Source: an uncultured Acidobacteriota bacterium | GTDB lineage: Bacteria; Acidobacteriota; Vicinamibacteria; Vicinamibacterales; 2-12-FULL-66-21 | Direction of reading: 5' to 3' | Assembly: GCA_963725145.1 (NCBI GenBank) | Contig: CAVRXL010000001.1 | Coordinates: 156,176-220,175 of the forward strand | Length of the DNA stretch: 64,000 bases | Position numbers and translations under genes: made by a program | In this document: positions 27,894 to 37,805 of the stretch, piece by piece | How positions within the stretch are numbered: position 1 is the stretch's first letter | How the letters are laid out: every line of letters starts with the position of its first letter | The notes under the pieces: generated by a model | What the model was told of the DNA's origin: nothing | The model's input: the letters and a program-made list of their open reading frames with translations, nothing else | Databases searched by the model: none

Positions 27894-29768
27894 ATGACGC
27901 TGATCGGCATGGGCTGCATGCGTCTCTCGACGAGCCGAGCGCGACGAGGCGGCGGCGATCGCCGTGCTGCACGCCGCGTTCGACGCCGGCGTCAATTTTC
28001 TCGACACCGCCGACGCCTACTGCCGCGATGCGACCGAGGTCGGGCACAACGAGCGCCTGATCGCGCGCGCCCTCGCGACCTGGACGGGCGACGCCTCGCG
28101 GATTCTGGTGGCGACCAAGGGCGGCCTGACACGCCCGGAGGGGCGCTGGGTCGCCGACGGACGGGCGCGGCATCTCGCCGCGGCATGCGAAGCCAGCCGC
28201 CAGGCGCTCGGCGTCGAGCGCCTTCCCCTCTATCAGCTTCACGCGCCGGATCCGCGAACGTCGTGGACGACGAGCGTTCGGGCGCTCGCGGCCCTGAAAC
28301 GCGACGGGCTCGTCGACTCGATCGGGTTGTGCAACGTCACCGTCGGGCAGATCGAGGAAGCGAGGGGAATCACGCCCATCGCCTCGGTTCAGGTCGAGCT
28401 GAGTCTCTGGAACGACGACAACATCTTGAGCGGCGTCGCCGAGTACCTGCATCGCGAACGACATCCGGCTCCTGGCGCACAGGCCGCTCGGCGGGCCGCA
28501 GCGGCGGCGCCGCGTCCTTTCGGATCCCGTCCTCGCAGATCTGGCCGCGCGCCACGGCGCCACGCCGTTCGAGATCGCGCTGGCAGGGCTGCGCGACCTC
28601 TCGAGCGTCGTCGTTCCCCTCCCCGGACCGACGCGCGTCGAAACGGCGCGGTCGGCCGCTCGGGCCTGCGGGATCGCGCTCACCGCCGACGATCGGGCGC
28701 TCATCGATGAACGGTTTCCGTCGGCGCGCGCCGTCCGCTTCCGCAAGGAATCGAGCGGCCATCGCGCTTCCGAGCCGGCGGATGGCGAGGTCGTGATGAT
28801 CATGGGCCTCCCAGGTGCCGGCAAAAGCACGGTGGCGGAATCGCTCTCGGCACGCGGTTACGAACGCCTGAACCGCGACGACACCGGAGGATCCCTGCGG
28901 GAGTTGTTGCCCGCGATCGCCTCAGGCTCTTCGCGGATCGTGCTGGACAACACCTACGTGACCCGGAAGTCGCGGGCGGCCGTCATCCAGACGGCGTGGC
29001 AGCGCCGGCTTCCCGTCCGTTGCATCTGGCTCGCGACGAGCCTCGAGGACGCGCAGCTGAACGCGGCCTGGCGGATCGTGTCGCGGTACGGCCGCCTGCC
29101 ATCCTCCGATGAGTTTCTCTCTCCCAGCGCGCAGTTCCGCTATCAACGCGAGCTCGAGCCGCCCGATCCGTCCGAGGGCTTCACGCACGTGGAGGTGATG
29201 CCGTTCGAGCGCAGACACGATCCGTCGCTAACCAACCGCGCCGTCATCGTCTGGTGCGACGGCGTGCTGTGGCGGAGCCGATCCGGCCGGCGGTCCCCCG
29301 CGTCCCCAGACGACGTCGAAGTGTTCGAGGGGCGGGCGGACGTCCTGCGCCGCTATGAAGCGGAAGGATGGCGGCTGCTGGGGCTTTCCTGGCAACCGGA
29401 GATCGCCGACGAAACGGTCAGCCCGTCCCAGGTGAACGAGAGCCTGGCGCGCATGCGAGCGCTTCTCGGCGTCGCGCTCGAGGTCGAGTACCTGTCCGCA
29501 CGGCGCCGGGCCTCCGGCGTGCTGGTGCCGCAAACCGCTCCCTGGCCTCGGCGTCCTCTTCATCCAGCGCCACGCGCTCGACGCGTCGAAGTGCATCTAC
29601 GTCGGGGCCGGACCGCAGGATCCGGGATTCGCGCGGCGGCTCGGGTTTCAGTATCGAGAGGCGGCGGAGTTCTTTGCGGAAGCCGCTAGTAGCTGCCAGC
29701 GACGCATTCCTGATCCGCAGTGGTGGAGTCGTCCGAGCGTTCGTGCTATCCGCGCACGCCCGGCCTGA
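27894..29768 (+). pseudogene. Aldo-keto reductase / P-loop (PNK-like) kinase / degenerate HAD-phosphatase fusion, interrupted by at least 3 frame breaks
   Basis: AKR motifs (LHAAFDAGVNFLDTADAY, LYQLHAPD, EYC-IANDIRLLAHRPLGG). Walker A GLPGAGKST lies in the same frame as the AKR C-terminus with no stop between them. HAD-like tail CPHGAGPPACWCRKPLPG. Frame breaks at ~27930-27945, 28447 and 29491-29492. Confidence 0.7.
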
Positions 29769-29777
29769 AGGCCGGGC
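29758..29777. terminator. REP-like hairpin GCCCGGCCT-GA-AGGCCGGGC between convergent genes
   Basis: 9-bp perfect stem. The TGA of the AKR fusion lies in the loop. The TAG of the transglycosylase gene abuts the stem (minus strand GTAG-GCCCGGCCTTCAGGCCGGGC). Confidence 0.6.
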
Positions 29778-30803
29778 CTACCGCGCGACGCGATCGGCGA
29801 GCGTGGCGATGCTCAACGCGTAGGCGTGCGCGCAGTTGTAGCGGAGCAGCGCCTCGTAGTTGCGGTAGGCGAGGAAGCTCCTCGTGCCCGCTCGCACGAG
29901 GGAGGCTTCCATCGAGGCCGAAGGCAGAGGCCGACCGTCCGGCCACGTGACGCCCAGGCGGCGCCATTCGGCGACCGGCACGTGCATCGTCATGCCGCGG
30001 ATCGCCTCGCAGCCGCTCGACTGAAGCGGCACGGCGGCGCCGATCTTCTTCGCCGCGGCGGCGGTCACGCGCACCTCGCGGCCCCAGCGCTCCCCCGTCT
30101 GCCATCCGTTCTCGAGCAGGTAGTTCGCGATCGAGGCAAAGATGTCGGCGTGCGAATCCCAGATGTCGCGCCGGCCGTCTTGATCGAAGTCGACGGCGTA
30201 CTTCAGGTAGCTCGACGGCAGGAACTGCGGCTGGCCCATGGCGCCCGCCCACGACCCTTTGAGGTGCGTCAGCTCGATGTCGCCCCGGTCGACGATCGTC
30301 AGCGCGTCAAAGATCTGCGCGCGGAAAAACGTGGCTCGCCGCGTGTCGTGCGCGAGGGTGGCAAGCGCGGAGAGCGTCGGCCGGACGCCGCTGAACTTCC
30401 CGAAATCCGACTCCAACCCCCAGACCGAGACGATGAGCGACAACGGGATGCCATAGCGCTTTTCGATGCGCCGCAGGAGGGCGCGATGGCGATCGGCCAT
30501 GACCCTGGCCGTCTGGACGACCTTCGGCGTGATGCGCCGCCGGAGATACGCGTCGACACCCAGCGTGCGCTCGGCCTGCAATCGGTCGCTCTGCAGGACG
30601 ATTGGCAGCGGCTCGAGCGTACCCAGCGCACGCTGGACGAGCCCAGCCGAGTAACCGCGCGCGACCGCCTCGGCGCGGAGGTCCTCCAGCCACTGTTCGA
30701 AACCTGGCCGCGAGGCCTCCACCGACGGCGACGACTGCGCGCGGACGGCTAGGGACACGAAGAGGCAGAGCACCGCGCAAAGGCACACGTGCGCGAATTT
30801 CAT
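29778..30803 (-). CDS. Lytic murein transglycosylase (MltB-like family)
   Basis: Signal peptide MKFAHVCLCAVLCLFVSLAVRAQ. SLIVSVWGLESDFG and GAMGQPQFLPSSY motifs. Confidence 0.85.
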   Translation of the reverse strand: MKFAHVCLCAVLCLFVSLAVRAQSSPSVEASRPGFEQWLEDLRAEAVARGYSAGLVQRALGTLEPLPIVLQSDRLQAERTLGVDAYLRRRITPKVVQTARVMADRHRALLRRIEKRYGIPLSLIVSVWGLESDFGKFSGVRPTLSALATLAHDTRRATFFRAQIFDALTIVDRGDIELTHLKGSWAGAMGQPQFLPSSYLKYAVDFDQDGRRDIWDSHADIFASIANYLLENGWQTGERWGREVRVTAAAAKKIGAAVPLQSSGCEAIRGMTMHVPVAEWRRLGVTWPDGRPLPSASMEASLVRAGTRSFLAYRNYEALLRYNCAHAYALSIATLADRVAR

Positions 30804-30892
30804 CCAGCAGGCTCTGTGGGGAAGCGCATCCATTCTATCGCGGGACGCCTCCTTTGGCCACTCCTCGCCTGTGTGGCTAGACTGTCAATGTC

Positions 30893-31843
30893 GTGATTTC
30901 GCCGTCCGAACACAGAGCGGCGCTGCGCTGCCGCGGTCTGGTCAAACATTACGGAGATGTTGCCGCCGTCGACGGCCTCGACCTCGAGGTCCGCTCGGGC
31001 GAGTGCTTCGGCCTGCTCGGCCCGAACGGCGCGGGAAAGACGACGACCGTCGAGATCTTCGAAGGCCTCAGGCCGGCGGACGCCGGCGACGTCGAAGTGC
31101 TCGGCGACCGCTGGCGCGGCGACGGGCTGGCCCTGCGCGCGCGTCTCGGGATTCAGCTGCAGGAAACGAAGTTTCCAGACAAGATGCGCGTGAGCGAAGT
31201 CCTGACGCTCTTCCGGAGCTTCTACCCGCGTGGCCTGGAGGTGAGCGACGTCCTCACGCTCGTGAGCCTCGAGGAAAAGGCGGGCGCGTACGTGCGGACG
31301 CTGTCGGGCGGCCAGAAGCAGCGGCTGTCGCTCGGCGCCGCGCTCGTCGGGGACCCGGAGCTCCTCTTTCTGGACGAGCCCACGACCGGCCTCGACCCGC
31401 AGTCACGTCGTCAGACCTGGGAAATTGTCGAAGGGCTGAAGGCGCGCGGCCGGACGGTCCTCCTGACGACGCACTACATGGAGGAGGCGGCGCGGCTCTG
31501 CGATCGCGTCGCCGTGATCGATCACGGCAAGGTCATCGCGCTCGGGACGCCGCGTGAGCTGATCGCGTCGCTCGGCGCGGAGCACGTCATCGAGTTCGCC
31601 GTCGGCGAGGCGGCGTCCGCGGCGCTCGATGCCGGCGCGCTGCGCGCGCTGCCCACCGTGGAGGAAGTCGCCCGCGACGGCGGCAGCTGGCGGCTGACGG
31701 TCCGCGAGGTGCACCGGGCTGTCCCCGCGCTGCTGGCCGCCCTGTCGGAGCGGGGTGTGGAGCCTACGCAGCTCACGACCCACCACGCCACGCTGGAGGA
31801 CGTCTTCATGGCCTTGACCGGACGGAGGCTGCGTGACGCCTGA
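30893..31843 (+). CDS. ABC transporter ATP-binding protein (ABC-2/DrrA-like)
   Basis: Walker A GPNGAGKTT, signature LSGGQKQRL, Walker B LLFLDEPT. GTG start. Confidence 0.9.
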   Translation: MISPSEHRAALRCRGLVKHYGDVAAVDGLDLEVRSGECFGLLGPNGAGKTTTVEIFEGLRPADAGDVEVLGDRWRGDGLALRARLGIQLQETKFPDKMRVSEVLTLFRSFYPRGLEVSDVLTLVSLEEKAGAYVRTLSGGQKQRLSLGAALVGDPELLFLDEPTTGLDPQSRRQTWEIVEGLKARGRTVLLTTHYMEEAARLCDRVAVIDHGKVIALGTPRELIASLGAEHVIEFAVGEAASAALDAGALRALPTVEEVARDGGSWRLTVREVHRAVPALLAALSERGVEPTQLTTHHATLEDVFMALTGRRLRDA

Positions 31844-32891
31844 GGCGCGAGTCCATTACCGCCCCAGCGGTCCGCTCACGGAGCTCACGCGGGCTCGCGT
31901 TCTCGAGTTGGTCCGCGAGCCGGAAGCGGTGTTCTGGGTGTTCGTCTTCCCGATCGTGCTGGCGGCCATCCTCGGCCTGGCCTTCCGCAGCCGGCCGCCC
32001 GAAGCGCTTCCCGTCGCGGTCGTCGCGGGGCCGCACGCGGAGGCGCGCGCCGCGGCGCTTTCGGCAGGATCCGACCTCGAGCCGAGCATTCGTTCCGAGG
32101 CGGACGCGCGCCAGGCGCTCGCGCGGGGCCGCGTGGTCCTGGTGGTCTCGGCCGACGATCCGCCAACCTACTCCTACGATCCCACACAGCCGGAAAGCCG
32201 CGCTGCCCGGCTGGCCGTCGACGCCGCGCTCCAGCGCGCCGCGGGACGGCGGGACGCCTTCATCCCGGCACGCGCGGAACTGACGCAGCCGGGTACCCGC
32301 TACGTGGACTTCCTGGTACCGGGGCTGCTCGGGATGAACCTCATGGGCACGGGGATGTGGGGGATCGGCTTCGCGCTGGTCGTCGCGCGGAACGGCAACC
32401 TGCTCAAGCGGCTCGTCGCCGCGCCGGCGCGGCGGAGCCACGTGCTCGGGGCGCAGCTGACGTCGCGCCTGATCTTTCTCATCCCGGAAGCCGGGGCGCT
32501 GCTCCTCTTCGCGTACCTCGCGCTCGGCGTGCCGCTGCGCGGCTCGATCCTCCTGCTCGTCGGGATCTCGTTCCTTGGCGCGCTGGCGTTCAGCGGCCTG
32601 GGGCTGCTGGCGGCGGCGCGGCCCCGCACGATCGAAGGGGTCTCGGGCATCATGAACCTCGTGATGGTCCCGATGTGGATCTTCTCGGGAATCTTCTTCT
32701 CGACCGAGCGCTTCCCCGCGGCGATGCAGCCCTTCGTCCAGGCGCTGCCGCTGACCGCGCTCAACGACGCGCTGCGCGGCGTGATGCTCGAGGGAAGCGG
32801 CCTCGTGCCGCTCGTGCCGGAGTTAGCGCTCCTCGCGACGTGGGGAGCCGTCAGCTTCGCGCTCGCCGTCAAATTTTTCAGGTGGCAGTAG
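31833..32891 (+). CDS. ABC-2 type transporter permease
   Basis: Six TM helices with the ABC-2 pattern. Overlaps the ATPase gene by 11 nt. Confidence 0.85.
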   Translation: MTPEARVHYRPSGPLTELTRARVLELVREPEAVFWVFVFPIVLAAILGLAFRSRPPEALPVAVVAGPHAEARAAALSAGSDLEPSIRSEADARQALARGRVVLVVSADDPPTYSYDPTQPESRAARLAVDAALQRAAGRRDAFIPARAELTQPGTRYVDFLVPGLLGMNLMGTGMWGIGFALVVARNGNLLKRLVAAPARRSHVLGAQLTSRLIFLIPEAGALLLFAYLALGVPLRGSILLLVGISFLGALAFSGLGLLAAARPRTIEGVSGIMNLVMVPMWIFSGIFFSTERFPAAMQPFVQALPLTALNDALRGVMLEGSGLVPLVPELALLATWGAVSFALAVKFFRWQ

Positions 32892-32995
32892 GCAACTTCG
32901 CAGCTCATCAGGCCAGACTGAGTTCGAGTGTCGCTTTCGGTCCGGATTTGCGTTCGACCCTGTCTCGGTCATGCGTAGTCAAAGAAGAGACCTGT

Positions 32996-35050
32996 CTAAC
33001 GCCTGATCTGCACCAGTCCGCTCGACGACACAACAATCTTTTGTCTTCCGTGTGGAGTCTCAAGAACTGGTCCGTCGTCGGAGGGAAAGTTCTGAACTAG
33101 AAACCGCGACGGTTCTCCGGGGGCCGTCGGGAGCTTCTTGATCACGAAATCCGTCAACGGGATCGGACAATCTGATCCGCTAGTGGCAGTCAGCCTCGCA
33201 CTGTCGCTGTCGATGTGGTCCATTTCAGACACTGGAAACTGAAGCGTGACTGCTCGGCCATGCCCGAGCGTAACATCAAGAGTCCCATCGCGCGGGATAG
33301 TGCGACAGATGGGTACCAGATTTCCGGGCGGCCGGATTCTTAGCTTCGACCCCGGTACGAGCCCCTCAAGTGAGTAGATGCCGGGGGCAAGTTCCGGCGG
33401 CTGGGAAAGGAGCAATGGGAACTTTGCTCCTCTAACAGGTTGGCCAATTACATCGCGTAGCAACAGTGTGGAACTGTTCTCCTTGAGGATTAATTCGACA
33501 AGTCTAGAAGGATGATTTGCGGAGAGCACAACTCTTTCTAACTGAGATGCATACCGACCCTGGCGTGCTGAGATTTCGTACGAGCCATATGGGAGACCCT
33601 CCCACCGCACTTTGCCATCAGAACTCAGGGGTTTGATACTCCAGAAACCCGATGCATTAAGACCACGGACCTGGACATCCGTCGCTTCTTCCCCAACGAG
33701 ACCGGTTACGGTTGCCGCAAGGACGGCACCCCGTTCGATTTCCCAGTCAACATTATTGACGCCACTCGTCAGTTTTACTCTCCTCGCCTGTACGAGTGAT
33801 TCGCTGCTTAACGTAACGGTGTAGTCGCCTGCACGGTCGAGGGTAACTTGATATGTCCCCATGCTGTCGGTTGTTACGTGCGCTTCTCCCTCGCCCCTTG
33901 CGCCCACAAACCTAAGGCTCTTGCCTGAAGCGGGCTCACCTGCATAAAGAACTCGGCCCGAGACCATCACTGTCGGTCGCGGAAGGACGACTTCGACGAG
34001 TTGCTGCGGGTCGATACTGAATTCTTGACTTCCGCCAGAACCCTGGGCCGTAAGTAACAAAGCTTCGTACGTACCGCTTCTCAACCCGGCAAAGTTCCAT
34101 TGGCAAAGAGAAACTTGGTTGGTTCGGACGAGCTCTGTACGGATCGTGCCACCACTGCGTGAATCCGATCTGTTTACGTGCACAACAACGAACTCGGTTG
34201 CCGCTGCGCACTCAGCGGGGTCCGCCCTGATACGTGCAGAACCAACACTTTCCCACCTTAGGAAGAGGACGGTCGATTTAGCGGTGTCGACGGCGGTCGA
34301 GACACGCTCGCCAATGAGTCCCCCCTCATATATCGGCGACACGTAGTATTCTCCAGGTGGCACTCCCTGGCGCGCCACGATTTGGTCTTCCCCTCGATGG
34401 ATCTCCAATATGGACGCACCAGCAAAACGGTACGAAATAGGAAGAACGGCGGCCGGCTGTACGATGGCCACCAGTTCTCCTCCTGGTCGCGGATCCGGGA
34501 GCCGCCAAGCCTCCCGACTGAAAACGCTTCCGACAGGCACGGTGACCGGCGAGACACCGGGACGCGAGAAACGAAGGAGCCGATCTACACGCCGCGCGAC
34601 CTGAACTCGGATGGATCCCTTGGCTTCGGCAGTGCGCGTCGCAACCGTTACCAATTCGCCTCGTTGGTTGAGCGAGAGCCACTCGGTCGTCAAGGTAACT
34701 GGTTGGTCCACCATGATCGTGACCTGATCCGCGGGATTCAACGGGAGGCTTCCGTTTCGACATAGATCGGCGACGTGAGCGTCGACTGGTTCGATACCGG
34801 AACCATCACAGCTGATCACTTCGTCTGAGGCTGGACACGAGACGTGCAGGTCGCGACCCCGATGTCTCTCGACTATTCGGTTGTGTCTGATGATTGAACA
34901 GGTCGCATTAACGGCGGAGGCGGGCACTGATACGTGAAGCGTTGATTCTGTTTGGACCTGTATCGTAGATTCCAAACGAGCAATCGTGAGTAATGCGTCG
35001 CTAGCGAAGGCTAGGCATAGAAGGGTAGCTTGAAGGGTCGCGTAGCCCAT
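32996..35050 (-). CDS. Large exported protein of unknown function with carboxypeptidase-regulatory-like beta-sandwich segments (low-G+C island)
   Basis: Signal-like N-terminus MGYATLQATLLCLAFA. VSGRVLYAGEPASGKSLRF...TDSMGTYQVTLDRAGDYTVTL resembles CarboxypepD_reg. The ORF is open to a TTG at 35068. Confidence 0.7.
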   Translation of the reverse strand: MGYATLQATLLCLAFASDALLTIARLESTIQVQTESTLHVSVPASAVNATCSIIRHNRIVERHRGRDLHVSCPASDEVISCDGSGIEPVDAHVADLCRNGSLPLNPADQVTIMVDQPVTLTTEWLSLNQRGELVTVATRTAEAKGSIRVQVARRVDRLLRFSRPGVSPVTVPVGSVFSREAWRLPDPRPGGELVAIVQPAAVLPISYRFAGASILEIHRGEDQIVARQGVPPGEYYVSPIYEGGLIGERVSTAVDTAKSTVLFLRWESVGSARIRADPAECAAATEFVVVHVNRSDSRSGGTIRTELVRTNQVSLCQWNFAGLRSGTYEALLLTAQGSGGSQEFSIDPQQLVEVVLPRPTVMVSGRVLYAGEPASGKSLRFVGARGEGEAHVTTDSMGTYQVTLDRAGDYTVTLSSESLVQARRVKLTSGVNNVDWEIERGAVLAATVTGLVGEEATDVQVRGLNASGFWSIKPLSSDGKVRWEGLPYGSYEISARQGRYASQLERVVLSANHPSRLVELILKENSSTLLLRDVIGQPVRGAKFPLLLSQPPELAPGIYSLEGLVPGSKLRIRPPGNLVPICRTIPRDGTLDVTLGHGRAVTLQFPVSEMDHIDSDSARLTATSGSDCPIPLTDFVIKKLPTAPGEPSRFLVQNFPSDDGPVLETPHGRQKIVVSSSGLVQIRR

Positions 35051-35128
35051 CTGGATCGACTTTATCAATCTTGTATCCTAACGCCTCGACGACACGCCGC
35101 GTCAACTCTATCTAATCGATTCGAACGA

Positions 35129-35857
35129 TTACGACTTGCGTTGGCCGGAATCGAGCAGTTCCTCGATCGTTGCCTTGAATGTTTCGAACGGCCGTGCTCC
35201 AGTTATCCTGCGACGGGCTGTCACCGCTCCGTCCGGACTGAGGTCGCCCACTAGAAAGGTTGGTGTCGAAGTCACTCCGAGGCGCTTGGCCTCCGCAGCG
35301 TCCTTCCGGATTTGTGGTTCGATGCGACCGATACATTGCTCGAAGTCAGATAGATTAAGCTCTAATCGGCGCGCAAACCCCGCCAGATCTGATATGGCGG
35401 GACTGTTCTGATTCCTAAAAAGCAGATCATGCATCTCCCAGAATCGACCTTGCTGCTGGGCGCAAGCGGCTCCTCCGGCCGCGCCAACCGCTCGGGGATG
35501 GATGTTCTCGAGCGGGAAATGCATGAACGAGTAGGCGACCTTGCCTGTGTCCACGAATTCGCGCTTCACGCGTGGGAAAGTCTTGAGCGCGTACTGTCCA
35601 CAGAATGGACACTCAAAGTCAGAAAACTCAACCAGCACAAGCGTGGCGGTTCTTGGTCGAGTCGTGGCCTCATTTAGTCGTACGGTCAGTCCCATCCTCT
35701 CGATGTTTTCAGCGGCATCGGGAATCCCGCCACCATCGGTAGCGGGCACAACGACCCTTCCACTGAGGATAATCCATATAACCATGATCGCGGCTGCGGT
35801 CATCGAAATGGACGCGATTCCATCGAGGATTGGGCGAATACGTTCAATGCGTGTCAT
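35129..35857 (-). CDS. Membrane-anchored DsbA-like thiol:disulfide oxidoreductase (low-G+C island)
   Basis: N-terminal TM helix. Thioredoxin-fold active site FSDFECPFCGQY (CPFC). Confidence 0.8.
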   Translation of the reverse strand: MTRIERIRPILDGIASISMTAAAIMVIWIILSGRVVVPATDGGGIPDAAENIERMGLTVRLNEATTRPRTATLVLVEFSDFECPFCGQYALKTFPRVKREFVDTGKVAYSFMHFPLENIHPRAVGAAGGAACAQQQGRFWEMHDLLFRNQNSPAISDLAGFARRLELNLSDFEQCIGRIEPQIRKDAAEAKRLGVTSTPTFLVGDLSPDGAVTARRRITGARPFETFKATIEELLDSGQRKS

Positions 35858-35943
35858 TGTCGGTTCCTCTGGACTCGGGCTTGACTTCGACGCCCCCGTT
35901 GACCCAACCAGAATGAAACGTCATGTAGCCACATGTGGAAGCG

Positions 35944-36862
35944 CTAATGGGTTGTCAGAAAAACATCCCAGACCCATCGCGTTCGTTGGATGGAATCAGA
36001 GACTTTGGCCCGATATCGAAAGTAATTTCCAAACTCGTCGCGCCGACGTGATTCGTGATATCGCAACGAAAACCCCCTGATACCAGCATCCGTCAAAGAC
36101 CTAAGCTCAAGCGGGCCTGCGATTCCGTCGTGATCCCTGTCGATCCATACCCGAAGACTGACGAAGATTGGATCACGGCCATCGATGTATCCGTCAGCGT
36201 TCCCGCCACCTGAGACCGCGTCAAAGACCGCGAGTGCCAAGAAGCCGTTCCGCTGTTCGCTAGGCGGCTGAGGAGTTGTGCCTCCAAACAATTCAGTGCC
36301 ATCGCCGATGGCGCCATCACCATTGCGGTCAAGCACTAAGAAGCCGTCATCACTTAATCTGGATGTCCAACCTATTTGTTCCTGGTTACCATCTGCATTC
36401 AGATCAAACGAAACGCCATCCGGCGCTGAAGTCAACTCGATGCCATTACCGGCGAGATCCACGATGATCGGTGAGTACTGGCACTCGCACCACTCATTAA
36501 CCCATCCGCCGCCATCGCAGTCGCCGTCCTCCAGCGTGCAAATCTCGGGCGGGCAGTCCTGCCAGAAGTTGCACCAGCACCAGCCGCGAACGCCAGTCGG
36601 GTCCTGCGTGCAGTAACTCTGGCTCTGGTCCCGTCCATGGGGAGAACAGGTCCTGCTCGCACAGCTCCCAGGCATTGTTGCAGCTCGATGGGCCACCAGG
36701 GGGAGTACCGCCGGTCTCCCAGCCACACCGTTTGCCACGCCTTCCATAGGTGTTTGGGCAATAGTTGAGGTTTTCACAGCTTTGCCAAGCTGATGTCTCC
36801 ATGTCGAGGAGTACAACTACGGTGGACACAAAGAAAAGAAAGACCACGTTTCTTATGCTCAT
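35944..36862 (-). CDS. Secreted Cys-rich protein with DxNGDG-type Ca-binding repeats; frame break ~36610-36650 (low-G+C island)
   Basis: The signal peptide and Cys-rich start (MSIRNVVFLFFVSTVVVLL...CENLNYCPNTYG...ELCEQD) are in ORF 36497..36862. The continuation YCTQDPTGVRGWCWCNFWQDCPPEICTLEDGDCDGGGW...IIVDLAGNGIELTS...LDRNGDGAIGDGTELFG is in ORF 35944..36816. Confidence 0.65.
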
Positions 36863-37145
36863 AGTTGCTCCCCATCTGAGGACGGTTTTGCTAACTCGTT
36901 GCCAATCTCATCGACACTCGGCAGGAGCCCGAGGCGGCGCGCTCCTAGAAACCGCGACGGTTATTGCTGCTTCGTTGTCGAACCTCAGGTCGAATCAGTC
37001 CAACGTCACGCGCCTTTTCTGAGCAGCGACGACATTCGGCTAAGTTTCCGCGCGACCAGTCGCTGATACGGTTTGTCTCTTATTCAGCGCGTCTATTTGT
37101 AGGCCGTCGTGCGGAGGGTGACAAGATCGGGATCGTTCAGAATCG

Positions 37146-37805
37146 TCAATCCCTGTTCAGAACGAGCAGCTCAGCGATGGGTGCCGACGCAGGACACAAT
37201 GCCCAGCGCCGTCGGTACTCGTCAGGCGTCATACCCGTAGTGTTCCTGAAATTGAAGTAAAACGAGACCTTGCTTCGGTAGCCCACGGCCTTGCCAACCT
37301 CATCGATCCGCCACGCCGTCGTTCTCAGAATGCTTTTCGCGCCGTCAATCCGACGCACAGTAAGGTATGAATGCACAGTGTGCGGTCCCAGCGACTGGAA
37401 ACCCTTCTCCAAGTCGGTTCGATTACATCCAACTCTCCTGGCCAAGCCCTCAACGGTCCAATGGATTGAGTAACCTTGATCGAGAACGGACTTGGCTCTA
37501 GCAGCCGCAACAAGAGCACGCGGCTTGGCTCTGAACTCGATGCTTTCAGGCGGCGGAACCCCGTCTTCTCGATCCCTTACGTTTCGGGAGTGGCTCTGAC
37601 GGCTCTGCTTTTCAAGCCTGGCCCCGTCGAGCCAGAACGCTAGGAGACGCCGTTCTGCTTTTGATTCCGGCGGAGCGTTTTTCAGGATCAATTCCACTTC
37701 TTGAGCAACCCGTACCCCTAAGTCGCCAGCACATGTTTGGAGCCGATTTGACACTTCGAAAACCCATTCAGGGCGAAGCAGGGAGGCGAGATCGTTCGTG
37801 CCCAT
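37146..37805 (-). CDS. AraC-family transcriptional regulator (low-G+C island)
   Basis: C-terminal double HTH: WTVEGLARRVGCNRTDLEKGFQ...IDEVGKAVGYRSKVSFYFNFRNTTGMTPDEYRRRW. Confidence 0.8.
   Translation of the reverse strand: MGTNDLASLLRPEWVFEVSNRLQTCAGDLGVRVAQEVELILKNAPPESKAERRLLAFWLDGARLEKQSRQSHSRNVRDREDGVPPPESIEFRAKPRALVAAARAKSVLDQGYSIHWTVEGLARRVGCNRTDLEKGFQSLGPHTVHSYLTVRRIDGAKSILRTTAWRIDEVGKAVGYRSKVSFYFNFRNTTGMTPDEYRRRWALCPASAPIAELLVLNRD

Noticed and set aside
33097-36962. Exact 18-nt direct repeat CTAGAAACCGCGACGGTT at 33097..33114 and 36945..36962, possibly bracketing an inserted segment in the island.
   Set aside because: Similarity stops exactly at the 18-mer. One copy lies inside a CDS. 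A single 18-mer coincidence in 64 kb on two strands is not vanishingly unlikely. No transposition genes lie between the copies.
37135-37162. GTTCAGAA direct repeat spaced 20 nt apart at the AraC gene 3' end, considered as an AraC-type operator.
   Set aside because: It is only 8 nt long. One copy is inside the araC coding sequence and it is far (~270 nt) from the next start codon, so there is not enough evidence.
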